DNA from: Octopus vulgaris
Taxonomy: Eukaryota
DNA: 64,000 nucleotides
Reading direction: 5' to 3'
NCBI GenBank assembly: GCA_951406725.2
Contig: OX597823.1
Coordinates: 35,588,001-35,652,000, forward strand
Notes under the pieces: model-generated
Databases searched by the model: none
What the model saw: the letters and a program-made list of their open reading frames with translations, nothing else
What the model was told of the DNA's origin: nothing
Translations under genes and position numbers: made by a program
In this document: positions 26,700-38,611 of the stretch, one piece after another
Numbering within the stretch: the first letter of the stretch is position 1
How the letters are laid out: every line of letters begins with the position of its first letter

Positions 26700-29240
26700 A
26701 ATGCAGTTACCACAGAAGTCTAAACCGCTTTATTGATTTATGAGAACTCAGCAACGCCCTCCAACCAGCATATTGGAACTGTGACGAGTAGCACTATGCA
26801 AATTATTGTCCGTACAAGATTTTATCAACTAAACAAAAAGCCAAGAATGCTTCCAACCAGCCATCGGTTATCAAAGGAAAAATATGTTTTTATTCACACA
26901 GAAACTCGATTCCGATTCATTCGGGATTCTACTACATTAATGAGAATTTTTACCTGGACATCCTCGGAAAAGCCTGGATTGAGAAATTTGGATTATGGAA
27001 TATACCACGAAGTAAAGTAATACATACCATTTTAAATAGGACTGGCAGTGTTGATGCTGAACATGTTACATACACTAACCATATTGGAAATTTTCAGCAA
27101 GAATTCATGCAAATTTTAACAGTTGACTTAAGATTTTGCTCAAAACTTATTACATCTTTGTATCGTAAACCAAATGCCAGACCTGTTTTCAAGCCAAAGC
27201 GTTTAGTACCTTATGTTTCATTACTGCTAGTTGAAAACAAGCTGGATAGATTAGAAAATTTGAATGTTATAAAAAAAGTGAATTATTCATAAGTGTTATA
27301 GTGAAAAAAAACCAAAACAACATAAAGAGCGTACAAAGAATCTCTTGAAACGAATTAAGGAGTATAGTCTTCGTCTAGAACCAAAAAATGCCAACTTTTT
27401 CTTCCTTAATTAGCATATTTAGGTTTTGTCATGAATAAAAATGGACGTATTCCAGATCCGGAGAAAACGACTATTATCAGGAAGTTATCGTCACTCATAG
27501 TCGTGTTTAAACTGCATTATTTTTAGGAATGATTAGTTATTAAAGCTTATTTATACCTAACATGCATCAAATAAGGGGTCCACTCATTACTTGTTAGGAA
27601 CGCGAAATGGGACTGGTCTGTACAATGTTAAAAAGCATTCGAGAATTCAAAGAATTACTATCTTTTGATCAGACATTGATTCAGATTGATCCAAGTATGG
27701 AGATTATCGTTGCTGCAGATGTAACAGGTTATTGAATAAGAGCAGTACTCTTGCATAAAATGGTTGATGGATCCCATAAGCCAATTATGCATGCTTTAAA
27801 ATGTCTATCAAAATTTGAAAAGAAATATTCACAAATAGAAAATGGAGCATTGGCACTCGTTTATACAGTACAGAAATGTTATCGCATGATACAAGGCAGA
27901 ATGTTCACTCTTCAAACCGACCATAGACCACCCTTGAAAATGTTTCGTTCAAAATCTGGAATCTCGGTATATACAGTGAATTGTTTGCAATGTTGGGAAA
28001 CTATTCTTTTGGGCTACAATTTCAATATAAGTTATGCAACAACTTTATCGTTTGCTTATGCAGATAGTCTTTCACACTTAACCGAATACCCAGCAATGAC
28101 AGAAGACATCGTAATTGCTAATACAAGTATTGAAGCTGAGACCCATCAAGTGCTAATGGATTCAATAAAATTTATACCTGTTAGTTTACAGCTGGTAATA
28201 CAAAAAAAACCATTAAATTAATCTGTTCTACATGAATTTATTAAATATCATAGGTATGGTTGGATAGAAAAAGTCTGCAATAAAGATATGCAACTATTTT
28301 ATTTGAAGCGTGATTATGTCTCAGTTGCTGATAACTTTTTAATGATGGCTAATCATACTGTTATCCTAAACAATCTTAAAAAGTCGGTACTTTACCAATT
28401 TCACACACATCATCCAAGAATTTCAAGAATGAAAGCTTTAGCAAGATATTTCAATTATTGTCCAGGACCTGTGCAAGCATGTTCGAAATGTGTAAAAGCC
28501 TCAAAATTACCTATTCAGATAAATACTCTTTAGTCAGTTCCAAAAGCACTCGGGTCTAGATTACACATAAATTTTGCAGGACCTCATTATGGCAACTACA
28601 TTTTTATTGTGGTTAATGCATTGTCTAAATGGCTGGAGGTATTCATTATGAGTCAAACAACAACTTCAGCCACAATACAAAAAGCCACGTCAAGTTTTTT
28701 CAAGATTTGGGTTATCAGAAGTTTTAGCATCGGATAATATTTTGTAATCATGTAAGACCTCCTTCTTTCATCCTCAATCTAACGGGTTAGCAGAAAGATT
28801 CTTGGATACTCTTAAACGACCATTACTCAAAATTGAGGGGATTTGGTAAGTTATAAAAGAAAGTTTGCAACTCTTATCAATGAACTACAGAATAACACCG
28901 AATGCTGCTGAGCCTGGGGAAAAGTCACCTGCAGAAATAATGTTTCAGAGAAAAATTCGCAGTCCTTTTGATATGATGAAACCTAGAAATGCAAAGCATT
29001 CACGAAAATTAACTAGTATAACAAGGTACAGGCGGGGAGATCTAGTATATGTACTTGATACTCGACCAGGCCATCCCAAGTGGCAAGATAGTCAGATGAT
29101 AAAGCAGAGAAGTCCTTTCACCATAGTATGGCACGTTAACCAGAAGAGAAAGAGCCGTCATTACAATTATTTATGAATCAAGATCAAGGAAATACGAAAA
29201 ATCAAGTTATTCGAACTCAATTAGAAACTACTTCATTAAA
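26700..29240 (+). mobile_element. Decayed Ty3/Gypsy pol (RT, RNase H, integrase)
   Basis: ARPVFKPKRLVPY, YSQIENGALALVY, FTLQTDHRP, HPRISRMKALAR, HPQSNGLAERF, YRITPNA...SPAEIM; many stops; no LTRs seen. Confidence 0.88.
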
Positions 29241-29269
29241 TTTGATAGAAAACCTGCTGAGCACATACA

Positions 29270-29620
29270 AAAAGGATGCGTGGCGTTCGATCATATAATA
29301 ATATAATTAATATATAAATATATGCATATATATACATACATATATGTACATACCTACATATATATGTATATATACAGGCATATATGGGTACAGGACATAA
29401 AAAAACGTTGAACACAATGAGAAATGAAAACAAAAACAAAAACATAGAAACGAACTTTGTTTCAAACAACGAAAAACACAGAGTACAAGACATACAACAC
29501 AAGGAATATTCCCCTTCTTCAGTTGTCCCTGTTTCGTCTACTCCGCGTTTCGAAGGATATTTCGAACGCTTAAGGAGACAGCTTAAGCTGTCTCCTTCAG
29601 CGTTCAAAATAATGTTTCCA
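29270..29620. repeat. Dispersed repeat copy ending in a 54-bp palindrome (29558-29611)
   Basis: TATTTCGAACGCTTAAGGAGACAGCTT|AAGCTGTCTCCTTCAGCGTTCAAAATA, two mismatches, no loop. Confidence 0.7.
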
Positions 29621-30873
29621 TCGTCTTGGTTTAACTGCCCTCATCGTTTGTTTTTATTGTTTTATTCTCATTGTTCTATCTTTTACTGTTTTTACTTTTT
29701 TATTGTTTTTACTATCTTGTTTTATTCTTACTGTCCTGTTCATGTTACCACTTTTACTCTCCGCAAAAAATCCCAAATTTTATTTAATTTGCTTTGCGGT
29801 TAGGACTGTTTCAACGAAGTCGCGTCTTGTTCTTACCTTCTCAATGTGTAGTAACCATTTCTTTTGGCTAAAAATAAAGTACTCCTTTTGTTCTTAAAAT
29901 ATCAGGTGACAGAAAGAATTAATAATTACCAAGAAGAATTTTCACGGAATGATAACGATACCTACTTGTAGCACTTCAAGAGCAGAAAGGGTGTTCCTCA
30001 GAGATTATGATACCATTGTAACAAATAGGAGCGTCTTTCAGAGTCTTTGAACTCTTGGTAATTAATATTTGATCATTTATGCCCTTTGTCTTAATTTCAG
30101 ATAATTAATAATCTATAGTTTGTAATAGTGGAACCAGGAAATGAAGAATTTCCTCGAAAGGTTTTCAAATTTAGGAAAAACAATTCTTTTTAATTTGCAA
30201 CTGAAAGTCAGAAATTTGCTTCGGAGATGCTAAGGTTTCGATTCCGAAAAAACATTCTACTTCGTATTTGTTTTCTTTAAGTGGCATCAGAAAACGAGAA
30301 AGTCATTTAATTCTTCAACTAAAGTGATTCGAATTGTATGGAATAAGAATTTTCGTTTCTAATGACAATATTCTAAAAGAAAACCAAATTTATAAACGAA
30401 ATATAAAATACTGTGAAACATTTTAATGAAAACGTAATGTATTACCCATTACCAGTAAAATATTACCTTCTTTTCGTTTAGTCTTTTAATGAATACAATA
30501 GTCCTGGTTCGTAAGACGGATTTACAAGAAGATGAATTTCAATGATTTAAATACAGTAAGATATGTTATGGTGGATGTAAATGACCGATCATTCATTTTA
30601 AAGATGCAAGAGAAATATTAACTAGATTGTGAAACATTTGCAAAGTGTTCAAGAGAGAAAAGTTTGAAATTTCGAAGGAAACAATGCGAATTTTGGTGCT
30701 GCCAAAACTCTATATATGTTTGGAAATTCGCTTTCAGTCTTCATTTAAACTGAATGACATTAGGAACTTCTTACAGACAATATTGATTCCATTCTATGTG
30801 TCATATGTTAGAAATGTCGAAATAAGTAAAGTGGAAGCGTTTTTAAACTGCTAATTTTGAAAGATTCTATATA

Positions 30874-32117
30874 GAGGAGACCGGATCTAGTTGTTACACG
30901 GGTAAGTTGTTACAAGCCCATATTTTCCAACTTCAAGAAATAGGTGGCACTCGGGTCTCTACCTCGTGAAGGCCAACTCCATAGCATCATGACTGCACAT
31001 GTGTATTGCACTAGCGGGCTGTCACTAGAAAAGGCATGGCTCAAAAAATGATTTTTCACTCCATAAGTGAAATTTTGCCACAAAGTTATTTTCGTAACTA
31101 CTAAAGCACAAGTGGTGTTACTGAAGTAGTTTGTGGCTCATTAGGAAGTGTTGTAAGTTGCCTTCGATACATGAAAGTGTGTCCTGGTTGACATACATCG
31201 TTAGTGCTGTGTACGAAGTAATCCACAGAAATCCATTGTCTGGGGTAATTGTTACAGTGTATCAACTTACCCCAGGCATGTAACAACTTACTCCTATTTC
31301 AGTTTAACACGCCAAGCCTAGAGATTATAAAAGGAAGTCTAGAAGGAAGGATACACCTTCTGATGTCATGGAAAGAGCCGCCAGAAAAGTAGCGGATGAA
31401 AAGCAATCATTACGAGATGTTGCCGTAAAACAGCGCATATTGGATAAAATAAACGAACGGAAATCCAAACCAAAGAAGGCAACCGGTACAGAAAAGGCAA
31501 CAAAAAGGAAGGGAAAAATCAACTAAAACAGGTAAAGGAAAGGGAAGCAGCTTCGCAGCAAGCCAGTCGCCGATTGGAAATGCCTTGTCTGCTCAGAATG
31601 GTATTCCAACTCCCTTCCAGGTGAAGAATGTGTATAGTACATGATCTGTAAAGACTGGGCACACACTCGATGGACGTCAGGACTTTTTGTGTGATTTGTG
31701 TGGTGAGAAGTTAATGGAGGACGAATCCGACTAGATGGCACATGTAACAACGGGGATATTGGCTAATGAGGACTCTCAGTACCACAGTTAAGATATGAGA
31801 TGGTTCAAAGCACATTTGATTAATTAAAATAATACTTGTTTGTTAACATAATTCCAAGTTATCGACATTTGTAACAAAGTACCCCAATAAGTGTCACAAC
31901 GTACCCTACACTCGGAGAAAATGGTTAAAGCTGACACCACCTCATTAATTAGAGCCTGTCTAATTAATGTTATATAATTTCTGCTTTTTGCTGATGATAA
32001 CAATAAATAGAGATGTATAATTAATTAAATCTGCAAAGGAACTTCAGCTGTGTTCATTTATGTGGGTTCTAAGACAAAACAAAAAGAGAAAACGTAACAA
32101 CTAGATCCGGTCTCCCC
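30874..32117 (+). mobile_element. Internally deleted pogo/Fot1-like DNA transposon
   Basis: 24-bp TIRs G(A/G)GGAGACCGGATCTAGTTGTTAC, TA on both sides; HTH_psq-like start PRDYKRKS..VMERAARKVADEKQSLRDVA and PHD-like end CLVCSEW...C..WAH; DDE core absent. Confidence 0.85.
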
Positions 32118-33138
32118 TATATTCGTCATTTATTAACGATTGTGATTCTCTTCTATTGTAGTGTCTGGATAGATACAACACATCTGTGGTTAATATAACA
32201 CTAGAAATGTGTGTAGAAGTAGTTACACGATACTCATTTCTCAACACAGAAGAGACGGAAGATTTCAGGCATTATACAAGTACCAAAGTAATTAGGATTC
32301 TTTCGAAGGAATAGTTATTTCTCTGAGAATAGACTAATTTTTTTTTTCATTTACGAGTTATTCTATCAACTAACACATATTCTAGAACTAACACATATTA
32401 CCATAAATACCATAATTGTTAAACAGCTAGAATCATCATGGTTATTCTGTCTATACACAACACCTAATGGATATTAATGGACATCCATTCAGTACATCTA
32501 TTCTAAACTGAAGCAGTAAGGAAGAGAAATTAAATGTTTATGATCCACATATCTCTCTTTGTTATATATGCCATGATTACCTGCCCATACCGTGATATTA
32601 AAGCAGAAACGAATGAGGTGAACAATGTTACGGACGATGCTCTTGATCGTTAACTTTGTGTTTGTTTGGCCCAACTATTCGTTTGCAAATATATAAACCT
32701 ATAAATATATCTTTTCGTGATTTTTGTATTCCGTTTTTTGCATGAAATACAGTATTAAATTTTGTGAAGCGCTAGATATCCTCGCTTCAGCTTGTCTTTT
32801 GTCTATTTCCTCGGTTTTAAATACTGCATAGACAATCCTAAAGAACCGACCTACCATGCATGCTTCTTTCCACACATCAAATAAGGTCACTTCTAATTTT
32901 TGTTTTGAGAGCAATTCCAAAGCCCTGCTATTTTTTAGAATGTACAATTTTGTGCTTTCTTCCTTGTTAATTTTCAGATATAAATTTCGAGTACGGCGAA
33001 ACACTCTCACTCGCTTCACTGACTTTTGGCAAATTACTTTCTGTTGCATAAGTTTTGTCATATCCAGGTTTTCTGTTTCACGAGAAACGCAACCAAAATT
33101 GCCGCTTCCGTAAACATACTTGGTTACATTTTCTCCCG

Positions 33139-33172
<34 letters not shown>

Positions 33173-34302
33173 ATTGCAAAGTTTTGTTATGTCTATATCT
33201 TTCATTGTTATAAGTCATAAATATTATAATTCATAACCTTTTGGATTGCTAGCAATTCATTATCTTCCCTTACAGTTACCCCTTTTCAGGGATATATGAA
33301 AATAAAAATGCTTCCATTTCAACTCCTGCTAAATCCTTCCAGTATATAATATATATCTTCACTGTACACCTCAACGCATTACGTTGCTCTGGATACACCA
33401 CTTAACATTATTAACTTTATTGCAGCAGCATGGATATCTCTATCTAATCACTCAACAACTGTCGCCTCAAACCATATCTTCGTAGTTTAAAACAGGAACA
33501 GTACATTGGATGATGTAATAGTGGTTGATTTAATTGAAAATAAGATGTGGAGTACTTTGATAGAACGCTTTGGTCATAGATCTTATTGGTCAAAGATGCC
33601 CTCGAACTAAAATAAGTTTCACAGTTTACACAAATAACCTTTGAAGTCTGTGTGAAACCTGCTGAAGCTGAATCGTTTTATTTGGATCACGAAAACCTAA
33701 ATGTCACAATTTTTTCCCTTCCATTGAAATCATTGGGGTTTATACCACATTGTTGGAAGCGGATTATTAGGAACAAAAAAAGCAAAAAATGTATTCAATA
33801 TTTAGGTAAATACGTATTATTTTAATTACGGATATTGGGAACGAAATAAGACGAGAATAAATTATTTTAAGAACTAAAGTAATTGAAGTTGAAATAAACA
33901 AGACCCGATCTACTTAAAAATGATAAATATAAAAAAAGTGAACTATGCAAACTCTTGTTACGTTTAGTAATTTAAAAATAGAAGGAATAAAAGACTTTTG
34001 TTGAATAAATTTATTTGAGAATCGTCGAACAACAAAATATTGCAATATGTCAAAAGCTATTTTTCATATTTGTTTTTCATTTTCAGTTTCACTTTCCATT
34101 CAATATTCTCGCATTCTAATCTCATAACTTTAATGAATTCCTTTATGTTTCTGACAAGTGGAGTTGATATTCAAATTTTTGAATATTTTTAATACATTGT
34201 ATTGTATTTTATTTTCAGAATCATCATCATCATCTTCATCATTATTCATGATTTGAGAAATACAACTGATTCCTTTCTTCGATAGAATTATGTATATCTT
34301 GG

Positions 34303-34363
<61 letters not shown>

Positions 34364-34366
<3 letters not shown>

Positions 34367-36592
34367 GTTTAATTTTGCTTTGTATTTGTACAAGTTGACT
34401 CCAAGTCTCGCCCAGAGATCTCAAGAGACAACAAGTTAGAAGTTCAAGTTGGTGTTATGCTTAGGGTGTCATATATTTGGTTTTGCACATAGTATTGTTC
34501 TAGAGAAGGTTTAAGAAAACATAAGAAAACTATAAGTTTGTTTTAAAATTTGAGATTACATAGATAGTATTTTGCGTAGGTTATGGGCAGTTTATATGAG
34601 CACTATCTTTTGAATTTCCGCTATTTTGTGGTTTCCTGGTATCTGAGCTAGATAGCAATCAGCCTCTTTTACTATTATTCCTAGGGCACCTATGACAACA
34701 GGTATTGTTTTACTCATGAGGTTCCACATTTTGCCAATTTCTCTTTCAAGATCTTCATACTTGCTCAGTTTTTGGTAGGTCTTGACAGATACATCTATGT
34801 CCATCAGTTATATCAATGAGGAGGAATGATTTTTGCCTCAAGTCCTTCAATATAATATCTGGCCTATTCGCATCTATCTTTCTGTCAGTTTGAACGGTGA
34901 AGTTCCAAAGGAGTGAGATGTAATCACTTTCAAGCACTGAAGGTGGTTTGTGTTCCCACCAATTTTTATCATGGAGCAGGTTCAGGTTTTTGCAAATTAC
35001 CTAGTGAATATATTGTGCTGTTCTATTATGCCTATTGAGATACACTGTAGACTGCACATGGAGACAACATGATTGATGGTTTCATTTTGTTGTTTACATA
35101 CACGACATGTATGCTTTCTTGTTTTCGTGATTTAAGACAAGCTTTAACATCCGGTGATCAGAGTTTTTCAGATTGCTGTTTAGGACATCTGTGACAATCT
35201 TCATTGTTAATTCAAGTTGTAAAAGTCCACAGCCACCCTCATTTCTTGGCATGTAAACTCGTTCTGTATCTGACTTAGGGTGGTGCATTCTATGCATTGT
35301 CAACAATTTTGGTATTTTTCTGTCATGATTACATGTTTCAGTAATTGACCAGTTAATTATATTGAAACTGTTAGACAGGACCGGTATGACTATACTATTG
35401 ATCGCTTCCATCCTGTTTCTTGCATTCAGCTCTATCTTGAGTATTGCTCTTACTCTGCAATAACATGCCCTTCTGATCCTTTCCCTCCTCACTTAATGTT
35501 TGAATCCATCCCCTTCAAATTTTCCCTAGGTATTTGTAGCTAGTAAGCCCTGTAATTGTTGGTCATTTTTTGCAAAGAGCTTTAATTCATCTATGTAAAA
35601 GAGATGGTTTATATTTTTATCAAGCATTTTATAACCGTATTGTACATCATTGAGCAATTTCGTGAGAGGTATCAAGGCTAGACAAAAGGAGGAATGGTGA
35701 TAGAGAGTCGTCCTGGAAAATGCTACATGAAATTCTTACATCTCCAGCAATGAGAGATTCATTGTCACTGTTCAATGTCTATGATCTCATACTTATAGAC
35801 AAGAAATTTCGCAGAGTAGGTGAGATTTTACACATTCCAGACATTTCTTAATCGAGCTAAGTGGTAGACTTTCAAGTTGTTTTATAGTATACCCAGGCTA
35901 TCCACAAGTTTGTAACAATCTTTCAAGATCATCTTTACAATCATAGGACCCATGTTTACATCCTTTTTGCTCATTAAAGGATAAGCCACTTTCTATTAAA
36001 AAACCATAGATATATTAAGTCAAGACAGATGTCAGCATTTTATACATTGTTGTTAACCAGATTATAGGTCTATAATATTTTGGTTCATTTGTTTCTTCAT
36101 GATTTGAAAGTAGGAATAAAACACCATTAACTAGTTAATCATAGTTTCTATGATGCTATCGGTATCAAGTATGGTTTTCATATTATATTTTTCTTTAATT
36201 TTCAGATATTTGTTGGTTTGATAGTCCTGTAAAACATCATTGAGCAATTAACGTAAACAAACAAACGAAGTTTGCTTTAGAAGCGTTGAGATGTCTTAGA
36301 AAGTTAAACATTTTTCAGACTTTCTTTATTATCTCCCCTTGACCATTTTTCATGCTTTTTCTTTTGGTTATTTGATGACGAGCGCCGATGGCCATCTGTT
36401 GGAATATTCCGGTTGTGAGGTACTTCCAGCTCCTCTGTTTCGGGAGGTATGATGAGCTTGGGCGTTGACATTAGGTTACAGATCTGTCTGTTTAGGGTTA
36501 ATGTTTTGAGACAACACCGTCTCCGAGTTCTCTGAATACAAACATTGCTCGTAACGTAGCCTCTTAAGGCTAACACATCTGTATTCGTCTGT
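34364..36592 (-). mobile_element. Old, internally deleted R4/Dong-type (RLE) LINE between two (TAA)n arrays
   Basis: MHHPKSDTERVYMPR, LLWNFTVQTDRKIDANRPDII, IPVVIGALG, YRPII, N-terminal KWSR motif; many stops. Confidence 0.88.
36250..36308. repeat. 59-bp exact direct repeat, copy 1 (copy 2 at 43391-43449)
   Basis: AACGTAAACAAACAAACGAAGTTTGCTTTAGAAGCGTTGAGATGTCTTAGAAAGTTAAA at both sites. Confidence 0.9.
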
Positions 36593-36787
36593 ATTATTAT
36601 TATTATTATTATTATTATTTTTTTTTTTTCTTCTTTCAAATTTGCTTCCATTTCTTGCCGAGTGTCTTCCCGACTCCTAGGGCAAAGAAACTTATAGTAT
36701 ACATTGGTAGGCCATTAAACCAAACTCAGTAGTTCGTTCATTTTTTTTTTTTTAAATTAAATTAAAATACATGAGCAGCAACAGTTC

Positions 36788-38611
36788 TCACATCGACAAT
36801 GCTCTTCTCAATACGTGTGATGTACCAGTTAAGACAATCTTTTGCACTTCTTGCAGGGATGGTAAGCCAGGGATCATTCTCATATAATTTTCAGTTCCCT
36901 TCTTGATCATTCCTAGTGCTCCTACGATCACTGGTATTGTAACCGCCTTGAGATGCCACATTTTCTCAATTTCAATGAGTAGGTCTTTATATTTTCTGAG
37001 CTTGTCAAACTCTTTCGCTGAGATATTATGATCACAGGGGATGCTCATGTCGATCAATAAGCAAACTTTATTGTTTTGGTCTTTCACAACAATATCTGGT
37101 TTATTGGCCTTGATGGTTCGGTCTGTATGTACTGGAAAGTCCCACAGAATGGTTACATTTTCTCCTTCAGTTACAGCCTCAGGGTGGTGATTATACCACT
37201 TGTCGGCAGTTTTGATATTGTAATGCCGACTTATTAGCCAGTGGAGATATTGGCCAACTCTGTCATGTCTTAATTTATACTCCACTGGTGCTAAGACTTT
37301 ACATCCAGAGATTAGGTGGTCCACTGTTTCAATCATGTCGTTGCAGAATCGGCATTTTGGGTCTGCTCCATTTTTCATCACATTGGCCTGGTAGTTCCGG
37401 GTTAATAGGCTTTGATCTTGAGCAGCCAGGATGAAACCTTCGCTCTCTGTTTTTAGCCCTGAGCTCCGTAGCCACTGATGGGTTTGCTTCTGGTCAACAT
37501 CAGCTTGTTTGCTGCGGGCCACATATTTGCCGTGCAGAGGTTTCTCCTCCCACCTATCAGCCAATTGCTCGTGCGCTTTTTTCATTGCCATCATTTTCAC
37601 CTTCTTTGCAACAATAGTTGCCGTACTTCCCTCGGGTTGTTCAGTTTGGGTATCCTGCACGAGATCAATAGCAAATTTTTTGCTTTCCTTGATGATAGAA
37701 TGAAGCTTCTTTCGTCTCTCGTGATTTTCCACGAGCTTTAGCATCCAGTCATTCGATATTTCGAGATATTTGGCCAGCCCAATTGTGGTTGTTTTGTAAG
37801 CTAGTTCAAATTGGATCAGGCCTCGACCTCCTTGGGCTCTGGGAAGGTAAAGGCGATCTACGTCTGCCTTTGGGTGGTGCATCCTATTACAACTCAGCAG
37901 CTTGCGTATTTTTCTATCTATATTCTTTACTTCACTCATATTCCAGTTCAACACATTGTAGCTATAAGTAACAACTGGAACTGCTAAGGAATTTATAGCT
38001 AACACCTTGTTACGTGCATTTAGTTCAGATTTCAGGACTGCACGAACTCTCCTATAACATTCCTTCCTGATTTTCCCTTTCATGCTTACATGCTGAATAC
38101 CAGAGCCTTCATTTATCCCTAAATATTTGTATGTTTGTTCTTGCTCAAGCTCTCTTATGACTGTGTCAACATCTAACACGACTGAATTTGTGGTCTTCAC
38201 TTTCCCTTTCTGGAAAGTGGCCTTGGCACACTTCTCAAGTCCAAACTCCATCCCGATGTCATCGCTGAATGCTTTCACGGTGCGCAATAGGCCTTCAAGT
38301 TCATTATTGTCTTTACCATAAAGTTTTAAGTCATCCATATAAAATAGATGGCTTATTTTTTTATTGGCAATTTTATACCCATACCCTGTTCTGTTTAATT
38401 CACTTGTAAGGGGTATTAGGGCTATGCAGAATATTAAAGGTGAAAGTGAGTCACCTTGAAAAATTCCACAGTTGATGTTTATATTTTCTGAGGCAAGTAC
38501 TCCATTAGAGTGGTATAATTGGAGATTCGTATTCCACAACGACATATTGTGCTTCAGGAAGTTTGAAATCACAGGGAAATTTTGAAGATGACCAGCGATC
38601 TCAAGATCCAT
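36788..38611 (-). CDS. RLE-LINE ORF, C-terminal part: RT, CCHC zinc knuckle, restriction-like endonuclease
   Basis: GIFQGDSLSPL, YMDDLKL, CRFC..ETVDHLISGC, RHD, KPDIVV, IDMSIP..KLRKY. Confidence 0.92.
   Translation of the reverse strand: MDLEIAGHLQNFPVISNFLKHNMSLWNTNLQLYHSNGVLASENININCGIFQGDSLSPLIFCIALIPLTSELNRTGYGYKIANKKISHLFYMDDLKLYGKDNNELEGLLRTVKAFSDDIGMEFGLEKCAKATFQKGKVKTTNSVVLDVDTVIRELEQEQTYKYLGINEGSGIQHVSMKGKIRKECYRRVRAVLKSELNARNKVLAINSLAVPVVTYSYNVLNWNMSEVKNIDRKIRKLLSCNRMHHPKADVDRLYLPRAQGGRGLIQFELAYKTTTIGLAKYLEISNDWMLKLVENHERRKKLHSIIKESKKFAIDLVQDTQTEQPEGSTATIVAKKVKMMAMKKAHEQLADRWEEKPLHGKYVARSKQADVDQKQTHQWLRSSGLKTESEGFILAAQDQSLLTRNYQANVMKNGADPKCRFCNDMIETVDHLISGCKVLAPVEYKLRHDRVGQYLHWLISRHYNIKTADKWYNHHPEAVTEGENVTILWDFPVHTDRTIKANKPDIVVKDQNNKVCLLIDMSIPCDHNISAKEFDKLRKYKDLLIEIEKMWHLKAVTIPVIVGALGMIKKGTENYMRMIPGLPSLQEVQKIVLTGTSHVLRRALSM

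Noticed and set aside
29505-29560. Permuted (type II) hammerhead on the minus strand
   Set aside because: GAAAC..GTA and CTGAAGA are present but stems I and III cannot be formed
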